In this document: positions 1-8,668 of the stretch, one piece after another | Numbering within the stretch: position 1 is the first letter of the stretch | Layout: each line of letters starts with the position of its first letter | NCBI GenBank assembly: GCA_964611355.1 | Contig: CAZSYD010000016.1 | Location: 1 to 45,123 of the forward strand | Source of the DNA: an uncultured Ignavibacteriales bacterium | GTDB lineage: Bacteria > Zixibacteria > MSB-5A5 > GN15 > JAAZOE01 | DNA: 45,123 nt | Direction: 5' to 3' | Notes under the pieces: model-generated | The model's input: only the letters and a program-made list of their open reading frames with translations | The model's database searches: none | Told to the model about the DNA's origin: nothing | Position numbers and translations under genes: made by a program

Positions 1-74
1 TACCCCCGGCAGGACTCGAACCTGCTACCCTCGGTTTAGGAAACCGATGCTCTATCCACATGAGCTACGGGGGC
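1..74 (-). tRNA. tRNA-Arg(CCT)
   Basis: Reverse complement GCCCCCGTAGCTCATGTGGATAGAGCA...GGTTCGAGTCCTGCCGGGGGTA folds as a cloverleaf; anticodon arm TCGGT-TT-CCT-AA-ACCGA. The 3' end is at the window edge. Confidence 0.95.
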
Positions 75-90
75 AAAACACTCAACAAAA

Positions 91-119
91 ACAATAGCCG
101 ATTATCAGGATAAATGCAA
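91..119 (-). promoter_or_regulatory. Putative sigma70 promoter for tRNA-Arg
   Basis: TTGCAT-17 nt-TATTGT just upstream of the tRNA. Confidence 0.45.
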
Positions 120-161
120 GGAATAAAGTCTATGACGCCGTGGACGATGAAGCAAACTTAT

Positions 162-210
162 GAGATTGCCACGGTCGCCCCGCCATCTGGCGGGCGACCT
201 CGCAATGACA
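162..210. repeat. Palindromic REP/RPE-like element (GAGATTGCCAC...CTCGCAATGAC type)
   Basis: ATTGC..GGTCGCCC(C)GCCA-TC-TGGCGGGCGACC..GCAAT hairpin. The termini resemble the GTCATTGCGAG/GCAATC short palindromic repeats. Only one copy in the window. Confidence 0.6.
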
Positions 211-308
211 CCGAACGACCTGCGGGGTTAAGTTCCTCGCCTTGATGCGGTACAATTGCTGTGCGGCGGATGCGGACATCCACTTTACATAAAGAAATTC
301 GTGAATGC

Positions 309-836
309 TCACTCGCTGCCGTAATCAACCAGAGCTTTGATTTCATAACCGGGAATTTTATCGCGGCCATTCAGGAAGGACAATTCCACCAGGACGCCGA
401 TGGCGACCACCTTTCCGCCCAGTTTTTCCACTAATCGGCAGGAGGCCTCCAGCGTACCGCCTGTCGCCAGGAGATCGTCGATAATGGCGACCCTGTCGCC
501 TTTCTCCACGGCGTCCGTGTGCATCTCAAGGCAGTCGGTGCCATATTCGAGAGCATACTCTTCGGTAATAGTCGTATACGGGAGCTTTCCCTTTTTTCTG
601 ATCGGAATCAGCGGAATACGCATACGATCAGCCAACGCTCCGCCAAAGATGAAACCGCGCGAGTCGATGGCGGCGATTCGCGTAACGCTATTTTCCCTGA
701 AAAACTTTTCAAACTCATCCAACGAGTGACGAAACGTTTCCGGGTCGGCCAGAATCGTGGTAATATCTCGAAAAATTATCCCCGGCTTGGGAAAATCTGG
801 AATTGATCTGATAGTTTCTTTTAGGTCTATTTTCAT
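309..836 (-). CDS. apt: Adenine phosphoribosyltransferase
   Basis: IPDFPKPGIIFRDIT, DSRGF, RKKGKLP, LEYG and the PRPP motif IIDDLLATGGT. Start trimmed to the ATG of MKIDLK. Confidence 0.96.
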   Translation of the reverse strand: MKIDLKETIRSIPDFPKPGIIFRDITTILADPETFRHSLDEFEKFFRENSVTRIAAIDSRGFIFGGALADRMRIPLIPIRKKGKLPYTTITEEYALEYGTDCLEMHTDAVEKGDRVAIIDDLLATGGTLEASCRLVEKLGGKVVAIGVLVELSFLNGRDKIPGYEIKALVDYGSE

Positions 837-840
837 ATGA

Positions 841-1125
841 TCACCGTATGCTGAAATTTTTAAACTCTTCTTCAATTTCAATTTCTTCAAGTTGCACGCC
901 CGCAATCGAAGCATAACCGGGCCCGACACGCAACGTTTTGACCAGTTCGTCAATCAAACCCTTATCGCCCAGGGCAACGACTTCCACCTGCCCGGTAGGA
1001 AGGTTCTTTACATACCCATTCAGCCCCAGGCTGCTTGCTTCGCGATAGACATAATAGCGGAAACCAACACCCTGCACGAACCCGCTGACGATAATACGAA
1101 CTGTGCTAACGGTTGTTTCTGGCAA
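841..1125 (-). CDS. acyP: Acylphosphatase
   Basis: VSGFVQGVGFRY and GYVKNLPTGQVE signature motifs; TTG start. Confidence 0.94.
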   Translation of the reverse strand: MPETTVSTVRIIVSGFVQGVGFRYYVYREASSLGLNGYVKNLPTGQVEVVALGDKGLIDELVKTLRVGPGYASIAGVQLEEIEIEEEFKNFSIR

Positions 1126-1579
1126 GTTTGACCGCCTCTTTTACCGCTTTTACCGGATCGGGAATGTGAATCACCTCCGGGAATACCGACCATTCCACCA
1201 GAGAAACCAGCGGCTTATTGAACTTCATGGCAAACGACATTTCGGAAATCGTCCCGTATTTTCCATGAAGCGCGACAATAGCATCGGAAGTTTGAACTAC
1301 AAGAACGTTGCGAGCTTCGCCCATCCCGGTCGGGATTACAATATCGCAATACGGGTTGGCGCTTGTGCGATTGTTTCCCGGGATAATTCCTATGGTAGTA
1401 CCTCCGGCCTGTTTGGCGCCCTGAGCGGCCGCTTCCATAATGCCTTTCAGTCCACCGCAGACAAGAACGGCGTTTTCCTCGGCGATAGCCATACCAACGG
1501 CAAAAGCCTGATCCTTAAGTTTTTTGGAACATTTACCTGCGCCGATGACCCCGATAAAAATGGAATCCTTATTAGCCAT
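1106..1579 (-). CDS. TIGR00725-type LOG/Rossmann-fold nucleotide-binding protein
   Basis: IGVIG, LVCGGLKGIMEAAAQGAKQAGGTTIGIIPG, GMGEARN and GKYGTISE motifs. Confidence 0.85.
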   Translation of the reverse strand: MANKDSIFIGVIGAGKCSKKLKDQAFAVGMAIAEENAVLVCGGLKGIMEAAAQGAKQAGGTTIGIIPGNNRTSANPYCDIVIPTGMGEARNVLVVQTSDAIVALHGKYGTISEMSFAMKFNKPLVSLVEWSVFPEVIHIPDPVKAVKEAVKLARNNR

Positions 1580-1640
1580 AAAACCCCTCTTTATAGCCCC
1601 CATTGAAAAGGCTTCCGGCTATCAGGCGATGGATATAAAA

Positions 1641-1714
1641 TCGGGGCGACTGGATTTGAACCAGCGACTTCTTAGTCCCGAACCAAGCGCGCTACCAACC
1701 TGCGCTACGCCCCG
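1641..1714 (-). tRNA. tRNA-Pro(CGG)
   Basis: CGGGGCGTAGCGCAGGTTGGTAGCGCG-CTTGG-TT-CGG-GA-CTAAG...GGTTCAAATCCAGTCGCCCCGA; CCA not encoded. Confidence 0.95.
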
Positions 1715-1727
1715 ATTCAGCCCCATC

Positions 1728-1755
1728 AAAATAAGCCGATTGTAAAAATTGTCAA
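1728..1755 (-). promoter_or_regulatory. Putative sigma70 promoter for tRNA-Pro(CGG) and downstream genes
   Basis: TTGACA-16 nt-TATTTT immediately upstream of the tRNA. Confidence 0.6.
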
Positions 1756-1774
1756 GCATTCAATATATCGGTAT

Positions 1775-2527
1775 TTATCGCGGAAGTTTTATGTTGGCCG
1801 ACAGCAGGTTATGAAGAACGTCGCTGTCGGTAAAATGCAGATGCATCGGTGTTATCGATACTTCGCCTTTGCGAATGGAGTTTATGTCGGAACCGCTTTG
1901 CTTTTTCCAGATCGGGCTGCCGGCAATCCAGTAATAATCAAGCCCGCGAGGGTCGGTTTTCTCGATTATAATATCATCATATTTGCGGCTTCCCAAAAAG
2001 GTAAAACGGTACTTTTTGAACCCGCCCCTGATCTTGCCGGGGAAATTAATATTGAATATAGTCGATGGCTTTGTCTCAAAATCAATATGAATTTTAATGA
2101 AACGGCGGATGAAACGGGCGGCGGCTTTGAAATCGGCTCCTTCGGAGTTAACCATGGAAACGGCCAGCGAAGGTATGCCGAACAGCGAGCCTTCAATGGC
2201 GGCTGCGACGGTTCCGGAATAGATAATATCCTCCCCCATGTTGGGGCCGTGGTTGATTCCCGATATCACCATATCCGGCCCCTTGTTTTTCATCAGCTTG
2301 AGAACTCCAAGCATAACCGAATCGGTCGGAGTGCCGTCGCAGGAATAATAATCATGCGCGTACCGGTGCAAACGAAGCGGCCGGGTCAGTGTCAGCGAAT
2401 GACTCGACGCCGACTGCTCGCGGTCAGGCGCAAGGACAAGCACGTCGTGATATTTCATTAACTCTTTATAAAGGATATTTATGCCCTTGGCCCGGACACC
2501 GTCGTCATTGGTAATTAAAATGTTCAT
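1775..2527 (-). CDS. surE: 5'/3'-nucleotidase SurE
   Basis: ILITNDDG, APDREQSASSHSLT, GTPTDSV, SGINHGPNMG and YSGTVAAA motifs. Confidence 0.97.
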   Translation of the reverse strand: MNILITNDDGVRAKGINILYKELMKYHDVLVLAPDREQSASSHSLTLTRPLRLHRYAHDYYSCDGTPTDSVMLGVLKLMKNKGPDMVISGINHGPNMGEDIIYSGTVAAAIEGSLFGIPSLAVSMVNSEGADFKAAARFIRRFIKIHIDFETKPSTIFNINFPGKIRGGFKKYRFTFLGSRKYDDIIIEKTDPRGLDYYWIAGSPIWKKQSGSDINSIRKGEVSITPMHLHFTDSDVLHNLLSANIKLPR

Positions 2528-2566
2528 TGCTGTTGCCGTTACCTCCGGATTGTTATCGCGACCTGA

Positions 2567-3235
2567 TTAATACCACAGCCGTTTCCATATCTGCCGGATA
2601 AACCGCATAGTATCCTTGAACGGATTGATAAACGATCGTGATCCCCGGTAAACGGTCTCTATCGGCACCTCTGCAACGGAGAAGCCAAGATATCCGGTCT
2701 GAAACAACATCTCGCTCTCGGTATCATATCGCTCGCTGGTCAGTCTCAGTTCCCGCAGCACGGTGGTTTTTATCAGCCGGTATCCCGACTGCGAATCCCT
2801 GATCCGCATCGAGGCGAAACATGAAATTATAAGAGACGTCAGGTTATTAGTCAACAGTCGATCAAACGGCATCAATCTTGGATTAATTGTCCGGGTCCCG
2901 ATTAAAATATCCGCCTGACCGTATTCTTCACGGAATGCCTGCAAATGCTCCGGCGGATGCTGCAAGTCGGCGTCGATGGTAACAACGGCGTCATAATCAT
3001 TGGAAACGGCAAAATCGAATCCGGCTTTCAGGGCGGCTCCCTTTCCCCGATTGACAAAGAACGTAATCTTCCGACAGTCAAGATCGGCAAGTATATCAGC
3101 CGAATCATCGGTCGAGCCATCGTTGACGATCAGGATATCCCGGACAGAAGAATACTGACCTGTCCGTCTGACCAGTTCCGGCAAATAGCCGGCGGCGTTG
3201 TAAGCCGGGATAATAATCAGGATTTTCGGACTCAT
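2567..3235 (-). CDS. Glycosyltransferase family 2 (DPM1/polyprenol-phosphate mannose synthase-like)
   Basis: IIIPAYN, IVNDGSTD, NRGKGAAL, DADLQH and DSQSGYR motifs. Start moved to ATG 3235 because the longer ORF runs into tRNA-Pro. Confidence 0.9.
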   Translation of the reverse strand: MSPKILIIIPAYNAAGYLPELVRRTGQYSSVRDILIVNDGSTDDSADILADLDCRKITFFVNRGKGAALKAGFDFAVSNDYDAVVTIDADLQHPPEHLQAFREEYGQADILIGTRTINPRLMPFDRLLTNNLTSLIISCFASMRIRDSQSGYRLIKTTVLRELRLTSERYDTESEMLFQTGYLGFSVAEVPIETVYRGSRSFINPFKDTMRFIRQIWKRLWY

Positions 3236-3256
3236 TAATACCACGAGGATAGCTAA

Positions 3257-3334
3257 TGGTCGGGGCGAGCCGATTTGAACGGCCGACCTCTCGCACCCCA
3301 AGCGAGTGCGCTAACCAGACTGCGCCACGCCCCG
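3257..3334 (-). tRNA. tRNA-Pro(GGG)
   Basis: CGGGGCGTGGCGCAGTCTGGTTAGCGCA-CTCGC-TT-GGG-GT-GCGAG...GTTCAAATCGGCTCGCCCCGACCA; CCA encoded. Confidence 0.95.
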
Positions 3335-3361
3335 ACACATACAAAAAAGATGGCAAATCAG

Positions 3362-3727
3362 TCACAAAAGGCAAGGGAAAAGTTTAAGTATATCCTCCAG
3401 TTCTTTCCTGATCTCCCCCAGCAGGGTTTTGGATTTGGCCTTCAGAATCAGCTTTTTCTTTTCCGGGCTCGAACCGATCCTGCGAAGTCTTTTCCCGGCT
3501 CCGGCAATCGTATAGTTTTCTTCGTACAACAACTGCTTTATCTGGTTTATCAGTTCAATATCCCGCTTCTGATAATGCCGGTTTCCCCCTTTATTTTTTT
3601 TGGGCCGGAGCATTGGAAATTCCTTTTCCCAAAAGCGCAGCACATATGCCTGAAGGCCGGTAATCCGAGCCACTTCGCTTATCGAATAATACAGTTTTTC
3701 CCGGGTCGCCGTTTTCAGTTTAGCCAT
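3362..3727 (-). CDS. MerR-family transcriptional regulator
   Basis: KLYYSISEVA...YVLRFWEKEFPMLRPKK..GGNRHY helix-turn-helix; sits upstream of tRNA-Pro(GGG) as in the widespread merR-tRNA-Pro-surE arrangement. Confidence 0.9.
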   Translation of the reverse strand: MAKLKTATREKLYYSISEVARITGLQAYVLRFWEKEFPMLRPKKNKGGNRHYQKRDIELINQIKQLLYEENYTIAGAGKRLRRIGSSPEKKKLILKAKSKTLLGEIRKELEDILKLFPCLL

Positions 3728-3765
3728 TACTGTATCTCCATAAAATTATAATAACCGATATTTCC

Positions 3766-4773
3766 TTAACGCCACTCTTCCGCCTTGAGCGGTCGGGTCA
3801 TTAAATTCGTCACGGCCTCCCCCGGCGACAGGCCTTCAAACAGAACCGAATAAACCGCCTCCGAAATCGGCATTTCCACGTCATGCCGGCGGGCCAGTTC
3901 TCGCATCGACCGGCAGGTAGTCACCCCTTCGGCTACCATGACCATTCCAGCCAGAACCTGTTCCAGTGTTTGGCCACGACCTATATGGTATCCGACGTAA
4001 TGATTTCGGGAATGTTTCGAAGTGCAGGTGGCAATAAGATCGCCTACGCCGGAAAGGCCCGCCAGGGTTTCCGATTCGGCCCCCATCATTATCGCCAGGC
4101 GATTGATTTCAACCAGGCCCCTGGTAATCAAAGCGCTGCGGGTGTTGTCTCCAAACCCCAACCCCTGGGTGATACCGGCGGCAATTGCAATAACGTTTTT
4201 TAACGACCCGCCAAGCTCAACGCCGACCAGATCGGAGCTGCGATAAACGCGGAACACCGGATTGCTGAAAATTTCCTGCGCCTGCCGGCATCTGTCTTCG
4301 TTGCCGGCCACAACAACAGAAGTAGGCAACTGCCGGGCCACTTCCTCCGCGTGCGACGGGCCTGACAAAGCAACAATCGATTTTTTATCTATACCAGCCC
4401 ATTCATCGGCAATTACCTGTGAAACCCTTCGCAGCGTCCCCTCTTCGATCCCCTTGCTGAGACTTACAACCACATCCGGCTTCCCAAAGACGGGCAAAAG
4501 CCGGTGGCAAACTCCAGCCACTTTTTGCGTCGGCACGGCATTCACAACAGCACGGGAATTTTCCATAGCCTTGCTTATATCGTTTGTAAGCGCAATGGAA
4601 TCATCTATCTTTATTCCAGGAAGCTTCCGGGGATGTTCCCGTTCACGCTTCAGGAGTCTCAGTTCCTCCGGATCAAATTCCCACATAGTCGCGCGAAAGC
4701 CATTTGAAGCGAGGAGATTGGCTATGGCAATTGCCCAGGAACCGGCGCCCAGTATGGCTATTTTTTTATTCAA
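3766..4773 (-). CDS. gpsA: NAD(P)H-dependent glycerol-3-phosphate dehydrogenase
   Basis: ILGAGSWA, SKGIE, LSGPSHAEEV, GVELGGSLKNVIAIA and GVGDLIATCTSKHSRN motifs. Confidence 0.97.
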   Translation of the reverse strand: MNKKIAILGAGSWAIAIANLLASNGFRATMWEFDPEELRLLKREREHPRKLPGIKIDDSIALTNDISKAMENSRAVVNAVPTQKVAGVCHRLLPVFGKPDVVVSLSKGIEEGTLRRVSQVIADEWAGIDKKSIVALSGPSHAEEVARQLPTSVVVAGNEDRCRQAQEIFSNPVFRVYRSSDLVGVELGGSLKNVIAIAAGITQGLGFGDNTRSALITRGLVEINRLAIMMGAESETLAGLSGVGDLIATCTSKHSRNHYVGYHIGRGQTLEQVLAGMVMVAEGVTTCRSMRELARRHDVEMPISEAVYSVLFEGLSPGEAVTNLMTRPLKAEEWR

Positions 4774-5405
4774 TCGGATACCTTTTTAAGTTGAAAACGG
4801 TTCTCTGTGCCCGCCAGAAGCCTCCTGATATTCTGCCTGTGAGTATAAATAATAAAACCGGCCAACAGCATAGAAACGGTCAGGTATATATCTGCGATCG
4901 GCTCATGCAGGGCAAAACGTTCAATCCAGATTACGATCATAAAGGCTATCGCGGCGGCTATTGAACCGAGCGATATATATCGAAAAAGAAAAACGACTAT
5001 CAGGAAACCCCCAAGGGCAATCAGCGTTTCCATGGGCAAAAGGCTGATAAAAACTCCCAGCGCCGTATTGACGCCCTTTCCGCCCCGAAAAGCCAGATAA
5101 GGCGAAAAAACATGCCCAAGAACGACGACAACCCCGGCCATCAAACACGCTGTAGTCGGCGATACCGGCCAGGCGGGGTCATAAAAGCGACCGCATAATA
5201 GAACAGCTGTTGCTCCCTTGCCAATATCCCCGATTAAAGCGAGAATCGCCGGCGGTGGGCCGGCCACCCGCCAGACGTTGGCGGCTCCGATATTACCGGA
5301 ACCTTTTTTTCGGATATCTCCCTGACCGAATATATACCCAAGCAAAAGGCCGAAAGGAATACCGCCAAGCAAAAAAGCAAATATCAGGTAGATATAAAAA
5401 GTCAT
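4770..5405 (-). CDS. plsY: Glycerol-3-phosphate acyltransferase PlsY
   Basis: LLGGIPFG, GSGNIGAANVWR, DIGKG, GHVFSPY..FRGGKGV and HRQNI motifs; hydrophobic helices; adjacent to gpsA. Confidence 0.95.
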   Translation of the reverse strand: MTFYIYLIFAFLLGGIPFGLLLGYIFGQGDIRKKGSGNIGAANVWRVAGPPPAILALIGDIGKGATAVLLCGRFYDPAWPVSPTTACLMAGVVVVLGHVFSPYLAFRGGKGVNTALGVFISLLPMETLIALGGFLIVVFLFRYISLGSIAAAIAFMIVIWIERFALHEPIADIYLTVSMLLAGFIIYTHRQNIRRLLAGTENRFQLKKVSD

Positions 5406-5425
5406 GACCAATGTCTTAGAGACTG

Positions 5426-5880
5426 CTATTTAAGACGTGTATGTAATATCCATTTCCCCCCGGATATCTTCAGGCCGCGATCGTGATAGAGTTCGAAAAC
5501 ANNNNNNNNNNNNNNNNNNNNNNNNNNNNNNNNNNNNNNNNNNNNNNNNNNNNNNNNNNNNNNNNNNNNNNNNNNNNNNNNNNNNNNNNNNNNNNNNNNN
5601 NTATCCATTTCCCCCCGGATATCTTCAGGCCGCGATCGTGATAGAGTTCGAAAACATCGCCATCCGTGGTTTCGACTCGATAGTAATTACGATGTCGGCG
5701 CATCCGCCAGTTTTTCCGACTCGGCGATCCGGATGAAAAACCCCAGTCGGGCCAAACGGCTATTACCTCACGAACAGCGTATTCTTTTTTATTCCATTCA
5801 AAAGAGACCGGTTGTCCCCGGTTTTCGTCACGGACAACCGTAATTTCCTGCGAAATAAGTTGTTCCTGTCCGGAAGACAT
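5426..5880 (-). CDS. DUF6504-like small protein (~99 aa once the gap artefact is removed)
   Basis: PVSFEWNKKEYAVREVIAVW...W...RNYYRVET.DG.VFELY..WIL pattern resembles DUF6504. Collapsing the duplicated 55 bp around the N-gap gives one ORF ending WILHTRLK*. Confidence 0.65.
5502..5601. other. Scaffold gap (100 N) flanked by a 55-bp exact duplication
   Basis: 5447..5501 is repeated at 5602..5656. Confidence 0.95.
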
Positions 5881-6311
5881 TACATGGTATCTGGGACGGG
5901 CTCCAGCGTATCCGGCATGGCCTCACCGGGCATTTCTTCCGGTACTATCGGTTCCCGGCCTAAAGCTCGCTGAATTATTATCAGCACGCTTTCACCTTCT
6001 TCTCTGTCAATCTTTTTATCAGCCATTGCAGTCTGGAAGGCACGCGCCAGTTTTTGTTTTTCGGTATCGTCGATTTCACCGGATTTAATGCCGGTCTTGA
6101 GGTCCACCATAATTCGATGCACCATTTCCGCCGTGTATCCTTCGGGGAGATCGTTGACAATTTCTTTTTCCGTCATATCGACCATATATTCGGTTCCGGC
6201 TTCGATGATTTTATCTTTGTAAACCCAGACAAGAATGACGCCAACGATAACTACAAAGACAACTATTGCCAGGATAATAAGTCCAATAGTCCAACCTCTT
6301 GACAATGCCAT
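5880..6311 (-). CDS. Hypothetical single-pass membrane protein
   Basis: GGAGG RBS before ATG 6311; N-terminal hydrophobic helix IGLIILAIVVFVVIVGVILVWV, then an acidic helical domain; stop overlaps the next start. Confidence 0.75.
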   Translation of the reverse strand: MALSRGWTIGLIILAIVVFVVIVGVILVWVYKDKIIEAGTEYMVDMTEKEIVNDLPEGYTAEMVHRIMVDLKTGIKSGEIDDTEKQKLARAFQTAMADKKIDREEGESVLIIIQRALGREPIVPEEMPGEAMPDTLEPVPDTM

Positions 6312-6470
6312 AACTCCTCCATGCAATTAAACCGATAGTTAAAGTATAAATTCCCTTACCCCTCTAAGCCGTGTCCAGCACGTATATTGGCCGGATAACC
6401 TGATGAGCTTCTTGAAAGAAGATAATAACCTACTCGGCAGCGAGCAACCATTTTCTACAAATAATCGCCG

Positions 6471-6500
6471 AAAAAAAGGCGGCCCTTAAAGAACCGCCTG
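6471..6500 (-). terminator. Rho-independent terminator after rplQ
   Basis: CAGGCGGTTCTTTAAGGGCCGCC followed by T7 on the minus strand. Confidence 0.85.
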
Positions 6501-6532
6501 AAACACATATTCTTATGGCAGATTCAAGGCCG

Positions 6533-6949
6533 CTATTTACCGGCCTTCTTTTTGCCTTTTTTGTCCTTATCCTTTTCCGTAGAAACCTCCGGCGGGGGCG
6601 TCAATAGTTCAACCAGCGAAATCGCGGCGCCGTCACCTTTGCGCCGGTCAATTTTCAAAACCCGGCTGAACCCTGAAGGCCGATCTCTGAAATGCGGCGC
6701 GATTTCATCGAATAGTTTTTTTACGACCGTTTCGTTGCGCAGTTCGGAAAATATCTGCCGCCGCATAGCTATGCTGTCGGTCCTGGCTTTAGAGATTAGA
6801 CGGTCGGTATATCTGCGTAATTCCTTGGCCTTGGCGTCGGTAGTTCGAATAGTCCGATGCATAAAGAGCGAATTGGCCATGTTAGCCAGCATCGCTTCAC
6901 GATGCGGCTTGGTTCGCGACAGTTTCTTGGTTTTTACCAGATGCTTCAT
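6533..6949 (-). CDS. rplQ: 50S ribosomal protein L17
   Basis: KKLSRTKPHREAML.N, IRTTDAKAKELR and RKGDGA motifs; position after rpoA. Confidence 0.97.
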   Translation of the reverse strand: MKHLVKTKKLSRTKPHREAMLANMANSLFMHRTIRTTDAKAKELRRYTDRLISKARTDSIAMRRQIFSELRNETVVKKLFDEIAPHFRDRPSGFSRVLKIDRRKGDGAAISLVELLTPPPEVSTEKDKDKKGKKKAGK

Positions 6950-6964
6950 TTGATACCTTGCCGG

Positions 6965-7945
6965 TTACGATTTCCTTTCCTCATATGATGTTACATCCAT
7001 ACCAAAGAATAATCCCATATCTTCCAGGATAGTGGTTAGCTCGTTCAATGATTTGCGCCCGAAATTACGGTATTTCAGCATCTCTGATTCAGTCTTGGAA
7101 ACCAGCTCATCCAAAGTCTGTATGTTGGCCGCTCGCAGGCAGTTGGATGATCGGACCGAAAGCTCCAGTTCATCGACACGAGTTTTAAGAAGTTGGCGAA
7201 TCTTGACGATTTCCTCGTCTTCTTCTTCCTCTTCGGCGATTTCAAAGCTCTCGTCAATATGGATAAACAACTGCATATGATCTCTTAAAATCCTGGCGGC
7301 ATAACTTAGGGCATCTTCGGGCGTGATTGATTTATCCGTCCAGATATCCAGAAGGAGACGGTCGTAATCGGTCTTCTGACCGACCCGGGTGTTTTCAATT
7401 TCGTAGTTGACTTTTACCACAGGAGAGAAAAACGAATCGAGGAGAATCGTGCCGACCGGGGCGTCCTCTCGTTTGTTATGTTCAGCCAGAACGTAGCCGC
7501 GTCCATAATCGAAATCTACCTCCATCGACAGTTCCCTATCTTCGGTAAGTTCAGCCAGATGCAGGTCGGGATTGAGGATTTCGACATCCGGGTTTTGTTC
7601 AAACTGACCGGCCGTCACTTTCCCTTTGCCGTTGGTTTTCAGGATGAGGGTCCGTCTTTCATCGGCGTTGAACTTCACCCGGAGTTTCTTGATATTGAGA
7701 ATTATGTCGGTGATGTCCTCATAGACTCCTTCTATGACGCCAAACTCATGCAGAACGCCGTCGATTCTGACGGCTACCGGCGCGCCTCCCTGGATTGAAG
7801 AAAGAAGGACTCGCCGCAACGTATGACCAAGAGTAGCGCCGAAGCCTCTCTCGAGGGGTTCAATCGCAAACCTGGCATACCCCTCATTTGCATTGGATTG
7901 ATCGGTTACGATTTCCCTGGGCATCGTCAGGCTTTTCCATTTCAT
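6965..7945 (-). CDS. rpoA: RNA polymerase alpha subunit
   Basis: EPLERGFGATLGHTLRRVLLSS, RVGQKTDYDRL and ELELSVRSSNCL; start set at MKWKS. Confidence 0.98.
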   Translation of the reverse strand: MKWKSLTMPREIVTDQSNANEGYARFAIEPLERGFGATLGHTLRRVLLSSIQGGAPVAVRIDGVLHEFGVIEGVYEDITDIILNIKKLRVKFNADERRTLILKTNGKGKVTAGQFEQNPDVEILNPDLHLAELTEDRELSMEVDFDYGRGYVLAEHNKREDAPVGTILLDSFFSPVVKVNYEIENTRVGQKTDYDRLLLDIWTDKSITPEDALSYAARILRDHMQLFIHIDESFEIAEEEEEDEEIVKIRQLLKTRVDELELSVRSSNCLRAANIQTLDELVSKTESEMLKYRNFGRKSLNELTTILEDMGLFFGMDVTSYEERKS

Positions 7946-7992
7946 TCGCACATCCCCCAAAAATTAGGTATCTCCCTCAAATCGGGAAATCC

Positions 7993-8619
7993 TTATTTGG
8001 AATATAATTCTACAATCAACTGTTCCTGGGCCGGAATCGGAATATCCGCCCGCTTGGGAATTTCCAGAAGCTCTCCCTCAAGACCGGCCTTGTTAAGCCT
8101 CAGCCAGGCGATCTCTTCCCCGCGCGTTTCCTTGAGAGCCATGTGGATAACGTCAAAGCTTTTGGATTTATCCTTGACCCGGATGACATCATTTACTTTC
8201 ACCTGATATGAAGGAATATCAACGATCCGGTTATTAACCATGAAATGCCGGTGACGGACAAGCTGACGAGCCGATTTACGAGAAGGAGCAAACCCCAAAC
8301 GATAGACAATATTATCCAGACGGCATTCCAGCATCTGCAACAGGTTTTCGCCTGTTATTCCTTTTTTCCGATCCGCCTTTTTGAAGTAATTCCGGAACTG
8401 CTGTTCCAAAAGCCCGTATATCCGTCGGACTTTTTGTTTCTCCCGTAATTGCAGGCCGTACTCGGAAACTTTCCGCCGTAGATTCTGCCCGTGCTGACCC
8501 GGTGCGTATGACCGTCTTTCAAAGGAACATTTCTCACCGTAGCAACGGCTCCCCTTCAAAAACAGTTTTTGACCTTCGCGCCGGCAGAGCTTGCAATTAG
8601 GGCCTGTATATCTTGCCAT
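7993..8619 (-). CDS. rpsD: 30S ribosomal protein S4 (zinc-binding type)
   Basis: [21 protein letters not shown] and [13 protein letters not shown]. Confidence 0.98.
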   Translation of the reverse strand: MARYTGPNCKLCRREGQKLFLKGSRCYGEKCSFERRSYAPGQHGQNLRRKVSEYGLQLREKQKVRRIYGLLEQQFRNYFKKADRKKGITGENLLQMLECRLDNIVYRLGFAPSRKSARQLVRHRHFMVNNRIVDIPSYQVKVNDVIRVKDKSKSFDVIHMALKETRGEEIAWLRLNKAGLEGELLEIPKRADIPIPAQEQLIVELYSK

Positions 8620-8668
8620 TCAGTTATCCTTTTATCTTAAGATAGAAGTCTCCACGCTTACCATTGGG

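Noticed and set aside
130..312. 60-aa ORF overlapping the apt stop (MSIHEF...)
   Set aside because: No recognisable motif and it reads through the palindromic repeat. A small real peptide cannot be fully excluded.
3236..3301. N-terminal extensions in the ORF track for the GT2 gene (likewise secE, nusG, apt, rplW, rplC, rpoB, rpsN)
   Set aside because: They overlap tRNAs or upstream genes, or extend beyond the conserved N-terminus; downstream starts fit better.
1..3334. tRNA-anchored genomic island or prophage
   Set aside because: No integrase, no duplicated tRNA 3' end, and the intervening genes are housekeeping.
6372..6430. Hammerhead-like CTGATGAG followed by a CTTCT-TGAA-AGAAG hairpin on the + strand
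   Set aside because: The required GAAA after stem II is missing (ATAA follows), and no stem I or III pairing could be built.
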